Source: Candidatus Micrarchaeota archaeon
GTDB lineage: Archaea > Micrarchaeota > Micrarchaeia > Anstonellales > J096
Assembly (NCBI GenBank): GCA_026982895.1
Contig: JALWQW010000016.1
Coordinates: forward strand, 1 to 54,282
DNA length: 54,282 bases
Direction: 5' to 3'
This document shows positions 37,394 to 45,849 of this stretch, piece after piece. A model generated the notes under the pieces. That model did no database searches, had not been told where the DNA came from, and was given only the letters and a program-made list of their open reading frames with translations. Positions within the stretch are counted from its first letter, which is position 1. Each line of letters begins with the position of its first letter. Both the position numbers and the translations under genes were made by a program.

Positions 37394-38227
37394 ATGTACA
37401 GCGCAAAAATACCCTCTCCTGAAAAGTATATTATAGGCAAGGCGAGGTTGGAGGAGGCAAATGTCTCCTTCAAAGACCTTGCAGAGGTTTGCAGAAACAT
37501 TCGTGGCATGGCGGCTACAGCAGCTATATCTCTATTGGAAGAGGCTGCTGCAGGCAAGCGCCCATTGGAATTTAGAAGGCACAATAAGAGGCTCGCCCAT
37601 AGGAAAGAGCTCGGCGGCAAAAAGGGCCGCTATCCAAAGAAAGCGGCGAAGCATGTTCTGGATGTGCTTAAAAGCGCAGTTGCCAACGCCACCGTTTTCG
37701 GCGGCAATGAGGAGCAGTTGAAGGTTTATCATGCCGCTGCCAACAAGAAGCGCATCTATTATAGATTGCAGCCTAAGGGCAGAAGAACGAGGCACGACTA
37801 CGAGCTTGCCCGCTTAGAGATTATTGTTATACAGGAATTGAGTGAAGAGCAGAGAGCAGAAGTTGCCAAGAAAAAGGAAGAGGTTTTGAAGAGGCAGAGG
37901 GAGATAGCAGAGAAGAAGAAAGAAGAATACTTAGCTCAGAAACAGCAGGCTCTTGCCGAAGCAGGAAAGGTTTCAAAAGAGGCTGTAAAAATCCAGAAGG
38001 CTGTAAAGGAGGACATAAAAGCCAAGAGCGAGGCTAAGGCAGAGAAGGCCGAAAAGAAGAGCGAGGCCAAGGAAGAGAAAAAAGCTGAGAAAAAGGGCAA
38101 AGCTGTAGAGAAGGCTAAGGAAGAAAAGGGCAAAGCATCGGCTAAAGAAGAAAAAAGCGAAGTAGAGAAGAAAACAAAGGCCAGCGAAGGGAAGAAGGAT
38201 AATAATAAAAAGACTAATGGTCAATGA
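37394..38227 (+). CDS. rpl22: 50S ribosomal protein L22 with long Lys/Glu/Ala-rich C-terminal extension
   Basis: VSFKDLAEVCRNIRGM, GRYPKKAA, NA core; ~120 extra charged residues. Confidence 0.94.
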   Translation: MYSAKIPSPEKYIIGKARLEEANVSFKDLAEVCRNIRGMAATAAISLLEEAAAGKRPLEFRRHNKRLAHRKELGGKKGRYPKKAAKHVLDVLKSAVANATVFGGNEEQLKVYHAAANKKRIYYRLQPKGRRTRHDYELARLEIIVIQELSEEQRAEVAKKKEEVLKRQREIAEKKKEEYLAQKQQALAEAGKVSKEAVKIQKAVKEDIKAKSEAKAEKAEKKSEAKEEKKAEKKGKAVEKAKEEKGKASAKEEKSEVEKKTKASEGKKDNNKKTNGQ

Positions 38228-38235
38228 GGGATAAC

Positions 38236-38973
38236 ATGGTAATGGAAAGTATTCGCAAGAAGTTTATATACGATGAAGTGAAGAAAGCGCTCATCATGGA
38301 CTTTTTGGAGAAGGAGCTTGAACATGTTTGGATAGCAAATCTCTTCATACAAAAGTCTCCAATAGAAACGCGCATAACGATTGAGATGCTCGACCCAAAG
38401 AGGCTCATAAGCAGAAGGAGCAGGAAGGTCCAGCACATTGTTAATATATTGAAGAAGGACTTTGGCATAGAGAATCCCAAGATAAACATTGTAGAAGTTA
38501 AGAATCCTTGGCTTGAGCCGCGCATCATAGCTAAAAGGGCCGCCATGAACATAGAAAGGGGCATGAGCGTTAAGAGCGTTTTATACAGGCTCATGAGGCA
38601 GGTCATGAATTCAGGAGCTATGGGCGTCGAGATTATAGCTGCCGGAAAATTGGGGGCTAAGGGTGCAAAGGCCCGTTCAATGAAGGTTGTGAGCGGTTTT
38701 GTGCCAAAGGCCGGCGATCCTGCCCGTTATGTTAGGCATTATCACTATGCAGCGCTTACAAAGCCCGGAATTATTGGCATTACTGTTAAGATAGCCACAA
38801 AAGACCTCTTGGAGCTCGTTAAGCCTGAATTGGCTAAGAAGGAGGCAGAAGAGGTTGAGAATGCCGAAGAGGAATCTCAAAAAGGGGCTGAAGGGCAAGA
38901 TTCAAACAAGCCCGGCAAAGAGGGGAAACCTGTAAAAGGTGAGAAGCATGAAAAAGAAGTTAGAGCCGCTTAG
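38236..38973 (+). CDS. rps3: 30S ribosomal protein S3
   Basis: KH domain, VKNPWLEP, GAMGVEIIAAGKL, KPGIIGITVKI; start could be 38224/38242. Confidence 0.95.
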   Translation: MVMESIRKKFIYDEVKKALIMDFLEKELEHVWIANLFIQKSPIETRITIEMLDPKRLISRRSRKVQHIVNILKKDFGIENPKINIVEVKNPWLEPRIIAKRAAMNIERGMSVKSVLYRLMRQVMNSGAMGVEIIAAGKLGAKGAKARSMKVVSGFVPKAGDPARYVRHYHYAALTKPGIIGITVKIATKDLLELVKPELAKKEAEEVENAEEESQKGAEGQDSNKPGKEGKPVKGEKHEKEVRAA

Positions 38974-39130
38974 AGACATGACGATAGAAGAGCTGGAGAA
39001 GCGCCTTGATGAGCTTAGGAAGACTATGATATCATTAGAAGAGACTGAAAGGGCGAAAGGCAAAAGCATTAAAAAAGAGATTGCTCGCATTAATACTATA
39101 ATCAACGAAAAGCGCAATGGTGGTGTATAA
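38948..39130 (+). CDS. rpl29: 50S ribosomal protein L29
   Basis: LRDMTIEELEKRLDELR...IKKEIARINTIINEK; follows rps3. Confidence 0.92.
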   Translation: MKKKLEPLRDMTIEELEKRLDELRKTMISLEETERAKGKSIKKEIARINTIINEKRNGGV

Positions 39131-39133
39131 GCT

Positions 39134-39445
39134 TTGGTAGAAGACATTTGTCCTGTGTGTGGTTTGCCCAAGGACCTCTGCGTCTGTAAGGATATAGAGC
39201 GAGAAGAGGCCACGCAGCGCATAAAGGTTTATACAGAGAAAGCCAAATTTAAAAAATATGTGACTGTCATTGAAGGTATTGAGAAGCAGCAGGCTAAGGA
39301 TGTGTTCAAGGACTTGAAGAAAAAATTGGCATGTGGCGGCGCTATAAAGGATGGAAAGCTCATCCTTCAAGGCGACCATAAGAAGAAGATAAAGGAGCTT
39401 TTAATTAAGCTGGGATACAAAGAAAACCTTATAGAAGTGATATGA
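39134..39445 (+). CDS. sui1: Translation initiation factor SUI1/aIF1
   Basis: CPVCGLPKDLCVC, LKKKLACGG, LQGDH. Confidence 0.95.
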   Translation: MVEDICPVCGLPKDLCVCKDIEREEATQRIKVYTEKAKFKKYVTVIEGIEKQQAKDVFKDLKKKLACGGAIKDGKLILQGDHKKKIKELLIKLGYKENLIEVI

Positions 39446-40002
39446 TGGTCCTTTTTGTCACATCAAATACCGGAAAGCTCAGCGAGGCTCAAGCCCATCT
39501 TCAGCCTATTGAAGTGGAGCAGCTCAAATTAGACCTTGACGAGCCTAGAGGTTCATTGGAAGAAATTGCTATGGCAAAGGCGCTTCAAGCATATAGGGAG
39601 GTCGGTAAAGCCCTGTTTGTCGAAGATTCTGGCTTTTTTATAGAATCATTGGGCGGTTTTCCAGGGGCTTATTCTGCCCATGTTTTAAAGCATTTAAGCC
39701 TTTCAGATGTTGTAGCCCTTATTGATAAAAAGGAAAAAGAAGGCGCTACTAGGGCAGCTTATTTCAAGGCTGTCGTTGCATATATCGACGACAGCGGAAT
39801 AAGGCTTTTTAAGGGCAGGGTTGATGGTTTTGTGGCGAAAGATGTTAGAGGAGAGGGTGGCTTTGGTTATGACCCCATCTTCATCCCAAAAGGTTATGAA
39901 GAGACCTTCGCCGAAAACGAAGGTTTAAAAAGAAATATGTCCCATAGATATAGGGCATTAATTGCTCTCAAATCATTTATGCTGAAGGAATCCCCTTCTT
40001 AG
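39442..40002 (+). CDS. rdgB: Non-canonical purine NTP pyrophosphatase (RdgB/HAM1)
   Basis: FVTSNTGKLSEA, VEDSGF, GFPGAYS, GFGYDPIF, SHRYRAL. Confidence 0.95.
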   Translation: MMVLFVTSNTGKLSEAQAHLQPIEVEQLKLDLDEPRGSLEEIAMAKALQAYREVGKALFVEDSGFFIESLGGFPGAYSAHVLKHLSLSDVVALIDKKEKEGATRAAYFKAVVAYIDDSGIRLFKGRVDGFVAKDVRGEGGFGYDPIFIPKGYEETFAENEGLKRNMSHRYRALIALKSFMLKESPS

Positions 40003-40014
40003 GAGGTATAAATT

Positions 40015-40470
40015 ATGGCAAAGTTGCATTCAAAAAAACGAGGTAAGAGCGGCTCGAAAAGGCCGAATAGGAAGAGTAGTAAACCCGAATTCGTAGAGCT
40101 TAGCCCAGAGGAGGCCAAGGATATCGTAAGGAAGCTTTATAGGCAGGGTCACAGCACCGCTGAAATAGGCTTAATCCTTCGAGACCAATACGGTGTTCCT
40201 TCGTTTAAGGGCTTGACTGGAGTAAGCATGGTCGCCTTTTTAAGGGAAGAAAAACTCTACAAATATCCAGAGGATTTGCTCAACCTTTTGAAGAAAGCGG
40301 TTAGGATGCATCATCATCTTAACCAAGCCAAAAAGGATGTTCACAATAAAGTCAAATACCAGCATGTTTTAAGCAAGATACACCGCTTGGCTAAATACTA
40401 CAAGGACAAAGGCTTCCTGCCGTCTACATGGAAGTACAGTCCAGAAGAGGCTGAGGCGTTGGTGAGGTGA
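40015..40470 (+). CDS. rps15: 30S ribosomal protein S15 (uS15/S13e)
   Basis: MAKLHSKKRGKSGSKRP, IGLILRDQYGVP, PEDL, SKIHRLAKYYK. Confidence 0.97.
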   Translation: MAKLHSKKRGKSGSKRPNRKSSKPEFVELSPEEAKDIVRKLYRQGHSTAEIGLILRDQYGVPSFKGLTGVSMVAFLREEKLYKYPEDLLNLLKKAVRMHHHLNQAKKDVHNKVKYQHVLSKIHRLAKYYKDKGFLPSTWKYSPEEAEALVR

Positions 40471-40474
40471 TTGT

Positions 40475-41089
40475 ATGGCTAAGAGAAGAAAAAGCGTAAA
40501 GAAGACAGTAGATAAGTGGAAGTTGAAGCGCACATACAAAGTAGTAACGCCGACGCCGTTGGGCGGAAAAGTCGTCGGTGAAATTATCTCCGCAGAACCC
40601 TCAAATCTTTTTAATCGCGTTGTTCCTCTTTCTTTGGCTGACCTTCTTGGGGCTGATGTAAATCCTCAAGCCTTTTATATAACTGCCCTCCTCCGCATAA
40701 AGGATGTAGGCGAGGATACGGTTAACACTGAATTGGTTGGACACACCACCGCCTTCAGTTATTTAAGGAGCATAGCCAGGAGGAGGAAGAGCATCATACA
40801 CGATTCGTTCGTCGTTAAGACAAAGGACGGCAAAACCGTTAGAATAAAGCCGATACTCATTACATTGAGGAAGGTTTCTGCCATCGTCAAGAGGAATCTT
40901 AGAAAGGCTCTTGTCGAAGAGGTGAAGAAGAAGGCAGAGGGCATGAATTACTATGATTTGATGAAGGACATCTTCAACGGAAACTTCACAAAAGCCCTTG
41001 CCGCCGACATAAACAAGATAAACCCAATAACCCACCTCATAATAAAGAAAGTGGAATTGGAAGAGAACTTGAAGGAGGTCGCTGCCTAA
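40475..41089 (+). CDS. rps3ae: 30S ribosomal protein S3Ae (eS1)
   Basis: DKWKLK, YLRSIARRRKSII, VKTKDG, KINPI...IKKVE. Confidence 0.93.
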   Translation: MAKRRKSVKKTVDKWKLKRTYKVVTPTPLGGKVVGEIISAEPSNLFNRVVPLSLADLLGADVNPQAFYITALLRIKDVGEDTVNTELVGHTTAFSYLRSIARRRKSIIHDSFVVKTKDGKTVRIKPILITLRKVSAIVKRNLRKALVEEVKKKAEGMNYYDLMKDIFNGNFTKALAADINKINPITHLIIKKVELEENLKEVAA

Positions 41090-41454
41090 TGATGTTCAAT
41101 CCTCAGCAGATGAAGCAGATGATGAAGCAGCTCGGTATAAAGAGCAGGGAGCTTGATGTTGAGGAGCTTGTAATGAAGACCTCTGCAGGTGAGATTGTTT
41201 TGAAGAACCCCCAAGTCCTCGAGATGGACATGAAGGGGCAGAAGGTTTATCAGGTATCTGGCGGAGAGAGGGTCGAGAAGGCTTTCAACGACGAGGATGT
41301 GGAGCTCGTCGCTGAACAGGCCCATATCTCCAAGGAGCTCGCCGTTGAGCTTCTTAAGAAGGCCGACGGCGATATAGCACAGGCCATTGTGTTGGCAGAG
41401 GGCCTCTCTGAAGAGGAGTCTAAAGGAGCTTCTGACAGCTCCGAAGGCGTTTAA
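41089..41454 (+). CDS. nac: Nascent polypeptide-associated complex protein
   Basis: NPQQMKQMMKQLGI, PQV..M...GQKVYQVSG, DVELVAEQA, GDIAQAI. Confidence 0.95.
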   Translation: MMFNPQQMKQMMKQLGIKSRELDVEELVMKTSAGEIVLKNPQVLEMDMKGQKVYQVSGGERVEKAFNDEDVELVAEQAHISKELAVELLKKADGDIAQAIVLAEGLSEEESKGASDSSEGV

Positions 41455-41471
41455 TATTCATGGGTGTTATT

Positions 41472-42005
41472 ATGGGAGCGTACAAGCACATTAAAGAAAC
41501 TATTCAAGAAGAGTATAGTGAAAGGCCAAACCATTTTAGGTATAAGTTGGCTGAATGGAGAAAGGAATCTCCTATAAAGAGGGTCGAAAGACCGACGAAT
41601 CTGCCTAGAGCTAGAAGCCTCGGCTATAAGGCAAAGCAGGGCTATTTTGTCGTTAGAGTTAGGGTTAGGAAAGGGCAGAGAAAGCGTGTCTCGCCGAAGG
41701 GCGGAAGGCATCCTCGCCATAATTACAGGTATGTGCAGCCCGGTTTAAGCCACCAGGTTATAGCCGAGCAGCGCGTTGCTTCTCGTTATAGAAATGCCGA
41801 AGTCCTCAATTCATATTATGTAGGTGAGGACGGCGTTTACAAATTCTTTGAAGTTATACTCGCTGATAGAAATGCTCCTACCCTCGATAAGGCCACAAAG
41901 GCCGCTGTGAAGAGGAAGGGCAGAGCGTTTAGGGGTTTAACCTCTGCTGGAAAGAAGGTTCGTGGCCTTAGAGTAAAGGGTTTAAGGAGGCAGAGAAAAG
42001 CCTGA
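41472..42005 (+). CDS. rpl15e: 50S ribosomal protein L15e
   Basis: RPTNLPRARSLGYKAKQG, IAEQRV, EVLNSYYVGEDG, GRAFRGLTSAG. Confidence 0.97.
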   Translation: MGAYKHIKETIQEEYSERPNHFRYKLAEWRKESPIKRVERPTNLPRARSLGYKAKQGYFVVRVRVRKGQRKRVSPKGGRHPRHNYRYVQPGLSHQVIAEQRVASRYRNAEVLNSYYVGEDGVYKFFEVILADRNAPTLDKATKAAVKRKGRAFRGLTSAGKKVRGLRVKGLRRQRKA

Positions 42006-42017
42006 TGAGGTGAAATT

Positions 42018-42425
42018 ATGACCGAAGGTGACATTAATAAGACGGAAGCCCGCAATGTAAAAGTGGGTCGATTTATAGTAATTGACGACATTCCGTGCAA
42101 GGTTGTATCCATTGATGTAAGCAAGCCCGGAAAGCACGGCGCTGCCAAGATGCGCATAACCGCCATAGGCATCTTCGACGGACAGAAGAAGACTCTTTTA
42201 ACTTCTACTGATGGCACAGTAATTGTTCCCGTTATAAAGAAGAGCACTGCTCAGGTTATAAGCATAGACGGCAATGTTGCCCAAGTCATGGACAAAGACA
42301 CATATGAGACCTACGAGGTTGTTGTTCCGGATGAATTCAAGGACCAGGTTGAAGAGGGTAAAGAGGTTGAAGTCATGGAAGCCATGGGCAGGAAAGCCAT
42401 TATCCGCGTATTCAGGGGTGAGTAA
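42018..42425 (+). CDS. eif5a: Translation factor aIF5A
   Basis: Hypusination motif SKPGKHGAAK. Confidence 0.97.
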   Translation: MTEGDINKTEARNVKVGRFIVIDDIPCKVVSIDVSKPGKHGAAKMRITAIGIFDGQKKTLLTSTDGTVIVPVIKKSTAQVISIDGNVAQVMDKDTYETYEVVVPDEFKDQVEEGKEVEVMEAMGRKAIIRVFRGE

Positions 42426-42728
42426 ATGGATGTAAATGTAGTTTTGAAGAAGGACAATCCCCCTTTGAGCAGGCGCGAATTCGTCATTGAGGTTACATTC
42501 AAGGGCGCTACGCCCAAGAGAGATGAGATAAAGAATGCCCTTGTCGCCAAATTGGGGGCGCAGCCAGAGCTCTTGGTTATAAAGAAAGCGGACCAGCTTA
42601 CAGGCAGGAAGAAGGTCCGCGTCTTCGCCTATCAATACAGCGACAAGGAGACGCTCATGCGTGTGGAGCCACCCTATATTTTAAAAAGGGAAGGGTTCGT
42701 TCAAGATGAAAAGAAATCAGAAAACTGA
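42426..42728 (+). CDS. rps24e: 30S ribosomal protein S24e
   Basis: DNPPLSRREF, ATPKRDEI, EPPYILKR. Confidence 0.92.
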   Translation: MDVNVVLKKDNPPLSRREFVIEVTFKGATPKRDEIKNALVAKLGAQPELLVIKKADQLTGRKKVRVFAYQYSDKETLMRVEPPYILKREGFVQDEKKSEN

Positions 42729-42738
42729 GGTGTGAAAT

Positions 42739-42954
42739 ATGCCAGACAAAAGACCTTTTGATTTGTTGAATGAAATGCTCAACAAGCAGGTAGTGGTTGT
42801 TATCAAAGGCAACAAGACATTCAAGGGCAAGCTCTTGTCCTACGATATACATATGAATCTCGAGATGCAGGGCGTTCAAGAAGAGGGCAGCGATAAGCAG
42901 ATAAGCAAGATGCTTATAAGGGGAGACTCCATAGTATTGCTCTACTTGGAGTGA
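42739..42954 (+). CDS. Sm/Lsm-like RNA-binding protein (SmAP)
   Basis: RPFDLL, FKGKLLSYDIHMNL, MLIRGDSIV. Confidence 0.93.
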   Translation: MPDKRPFDLLNEMLNKQVVVVIKGNKTFKGKLLSYDIHMNLEMQGVQEEGSDKQISKMLIRGDSIVLLYLE

Positions 42955-42958
42955 TCCC

Positions 42959-43312
42959 ATGGACAAAGACACGGCCTTGTCTGCTGTTAGTGTCGGAGCC
43001 TTTTGGATAGGCCTGCTATTGGTTTTGGTGAGCCTGTTTATCAAGAGTGCTCTTGTAGCAGGCACAATCATTGTCCTGGGGACTGTTGTTGGCCTGCTGA
43101 ACATAGATGTGGACGAGGTCGTGAGATTTTTATTGGCGAATGTTGCTATAATCGTTGGCTCAGCAGCCCTAAAAACGCTGCTCATAAACTTTACATTGCC
43201 TCAGAGCGTCGTGGCTTTTTTGGGGAGTTTATTTGATAGCCTAATATTGTTTTTTGCTCCTGCTGCGTTGATAGTGGCTATAAAAACCCTTATAGACTTG
43301 TCAAGGGACTGA
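42959..43312 (+). CDS. Small conserved 4-TM membrane protein
   Basis: GTVVGLLNI...EVVRFLLA, FFAPAALIVAIK. Confidence 0.75.
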   Translation: MDKDTALSAVSVGAFWIGLLLVLVSLFIKSALVAGTIIVLGTVVGLLNIDVDEVVRFLLANVAIIVGSAALKTLLINFTLPQSVVAFLGSLFDSLILFFAPAALIVAIKTLIDLSRD

Positions 43313-43313
43313 C

Positions 43314-43814
43314 ATGATTGTCACTGATGAATTGAGGGAGCTTCTCTCCCATCCTTTTTCTGGCCTTTGCCCTATTGAAAATATTGTTAAGGATCATGAG
43401 GGCAAGAAGCTCGTGGCTGTTGGCGATAGGGTTACGCTTGACACATTGAAATTAGGCGTGGTGCCTTTTGTGGCTGTATTCGACCATAAGACGGAGCGAG
43501 CTCCTATAAGCAAAGGGGATAAAGTTATTTTGGACAAACATTTTCCTGAACCTGAAAGCATTGAAAATCCACCAGGCCATTTTAACGAAGAGCTTCTGCC
43601 TTTGGCTAAAAGGATTATGCAGAACGGCGGGGCTGTGCTTGTAGATGGTGAGGAGGATATAACTGGCTTGGCCTTTATGTTTTATGCCACAGAAGACCAT
43701 GTCGTTTATTATGGCATGAGAGGAGAAGGTGTTGTATTGTTAGAAGGCCTGCAGGCCGCTAGCATAGCTAAGTATCTATTGAATAAAATGGGGCTCTCTT
43801 TATTCGATGTCTGA
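43314..43814 (+). CDS. DUF359 family GTP-dependent dephospho-CoA kinase
   Basis: VGDRVT, VFDHKTER, NPPG, VDGEEDI, YYGMRGEGVV. Confidence 0.88.
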   Translation: MIVTDELRELLSHPFSGLCPIENIVKDHEGKKLVAVGDRVTLDTLKLGVVPFVAVFDHKTERAPISKGDKVILDKHFPEPESIENPPGHFNEELLPLAKRIMQNGGAVLVDGEEDITGLAFMFYATEDHVVYYGMRGEGVVLLEGLQAASIAKYLLNKMGLSLFDV

Positions 43815-45629
43815 TACGATTTCTACTATTTTGTCGAATAGGTACTTAGAGGCTTTTATTGAATATGCCATTTGTTTATCGTCTTCGAATTTATGGCTCT
43901 TTAATGTTTTTACGATTTTATTTCCAACTTCTTTTAGGAATTCCTTTTTTATTATGCGTCTGAGCTCTTTCTTTATAGTTTCGTCGTTTGTGTATTTAAT
44001 GGCGGCGTTCTTGAAGTCTTTTAACGGCCTCAATATTACATCTATTCTTATTTTTGTTGTTTCGTTTAATTCGTCTTCGTTGTGTCCGTTTACTGTGGCG
44101 ATTATTTTGTCTTCTGTGCCGAATCTCTTTTCTATGATTCTTTCGCTTAATTTTTTGAATAGATATATTGCCGTATCTTTGAATTCGAGGTTTTGTTTTT
44201 TGGAGCGTATCATGACTTTGCTTAATATCTCTTCGGCAGGCTTTGGCGTCTTCTCAAAGCCGTCTTTGGATTGAGGGATGTATAGGAGCTGTTCTACTGT
44301 TTGATTCGTTATTTCTTTGAATAGCTCTTCTTTATCTTTTCCTGTGTTTTTATCATAGCTGTAGGCGCCTGTGTATAAGATGGCTAGAGTTTCCCATAGT
44401 TTTGGCAGGATTCTTTTTTCGTCGAATTCCGCGTCTCCTGTAGGCGCTGCGTATTCGACAAGCTTTTTAAGGCATTCTTTTGCTATGTCTTCGTTTTTGT
44501 TTTTGTAAGCATCTTCCATTCTTTTTAGGGCGTAGGGTCTGTAAACTTTAATTCTTGCTAAACTTAAATATTTTATAGCATCTCTGAGACTGCTGTTTAT
44601 TAATTGGCTTTCGGTGTTGTTGCTCGAGTTGCTTTCTTGGATTAGTGCTTGCATACTCTCTATTATTTCTGTTATTGTTTCTGCTATTCTTCTTCTTAAC
44701 TCATCTCCTAGAATAGGGCTGTATTTTTTGGCGAAGTTTTTTAAACCGTCTGAACTCATTTCTATTTCCTGCTTTAAGAATGTTGTTCTCAATGGCGCGA
44801 GTTTTCTTGGCGAATATAAACCTTCTTTTATTTCCTTTAATTCGTCTTTATATACTTCCGCCCATTGATTTAAGGCGAATAATATGAGCGTGTTTGCTAT
44901 TGAAACGACTTTTTCCTTGCCAAATGCTTTTTCCCAATCGTTGGGGTGTTTTATTATGTGCCTTGCCGAGACAGCGTATGCATTGCCGAGGTATCTTTTT
45001 TCTTTTATTGATTCACCGAGCCTCTGCTTGATAGATTTTCCTTTTGATAAGTATTCTTCAATGTCGTCGAATATGCTATTTATAAATTGTGCTTTTAGGG
45101 ACAAATCCTTTTCCTTCTTTTCGTTGGATAAATTGTGTAGCAGGTCGTCTATGCTTTCGTCCCATAAAAAGTAATCCAATTGCAGTATTTCATCCATTTC
45201 GTCTGAAGAGGGGCGCATAACCCATATGAAGTTTTCTTCCTTTTCTTCAGGCTGCTCTTCTTTGACTTCTTCTTCGACGATATGTCTTTGAGCGTATACT
45301 TCTTCGAATATATGATATTTATCGACTACTTCTCGAATAAACATGCCTGCATTTGGCGATGTTATTGCCATGTCATTGAATGTTTTTACATTTACTTTTA
45401 TATTGGCATCTCTTATTTCCCTTGCCATTTCTTTTATTATTTCCTCTATGTTTTGCCTGGCTCTCATAGAATACATGTCGCTTTTTATATACTTCTCCAC
45501 ATACTTTTGGAGTATCTTGTAGAGTAGGAATTGCGAGGTGTCCTCTGGTGTTGCTTTCAAATCGTCGCTGTTGTTCTTATTTTGCGATTTATTATAAGAC
45601 CTGCTTTTTGGGCCTTTATGCCTTTCCAT
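43800..45629 (-). CDS. Hypothetical 609-aa Lys/Glu/Ile-rich helical protein
   Basis: Long ORF, AT-rich relative to neighbours; TTTATAAA ~25 nt upstream. Confidence 0.75.
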   Translation of the reverse strand: MERHKGPKSRSYNKSQNKNNSDDLKATPEDTSQFLLYKILQKYVEKYIKSDMYSMRARQNIEEIIKEMAREIRDANIKVNVKTFNDMAITSPNAGMFIREVVDKYHIFEEVYAQRHIVEEEVKEEQPEEKEENFIWVMRPSSDEMDEILQLDYFLWDESIDDLLHNLSNEKKEKDLSLKAQFINSIFDDIEEYLSKGKSIKQRLGESIKEKRYLGNAYAVSARHIIKHPNDWEKAFGKEKVVSIANTLILFALNQWAEVYKDELKEIKEGLYSPRKLAPLRTTFLKQEIEMSSDGLKNFAKKYSPILGDELRRRIAETITEIIESMQALIQESNSSNNTESQLINSSLRDAIKYLSLARIKVYRPYALKRMEDAYKNKNEDIAKECLKKLVEYAAPTGDAEFDEKRILPKLWETLAILYTGAYSYDKNTGKDKEELFKEITNQTVEQLLYIPQSKDGFEKTPKPAEEILSKVMIRSKKQNLEFKDTAIYLFKKLSERIIEKRFGTEDKIIATVNGHNEDELNETTKIRIDVILRPLKDFKNAAIKYTNDETIKKELRRIIKKEFLKEVGNKIVKTLKSHKFEDDKQMAYSIKASKYLFDKIVEIVSDIE

Positions 45630-45849
45630 ATGGTTATTATGTGTGGGAAAGTGTTTATAAATATATCCTTTTTGGGTTGAAAGAAGCCATTTACTCGCTG
45701 TTAATGCGTTTTGTTATTGTGGAAGTTGATTTCGTTGATTGTCTTAAACAGTATATGGATTTATTAACAAAAGTTAATAAAACAAGGGAAAGCTTTATAA
45801 AGGTTTAGCCTTCAACGGGTTTCAAACCTATTCGGTTAGAGGTGTAAGA

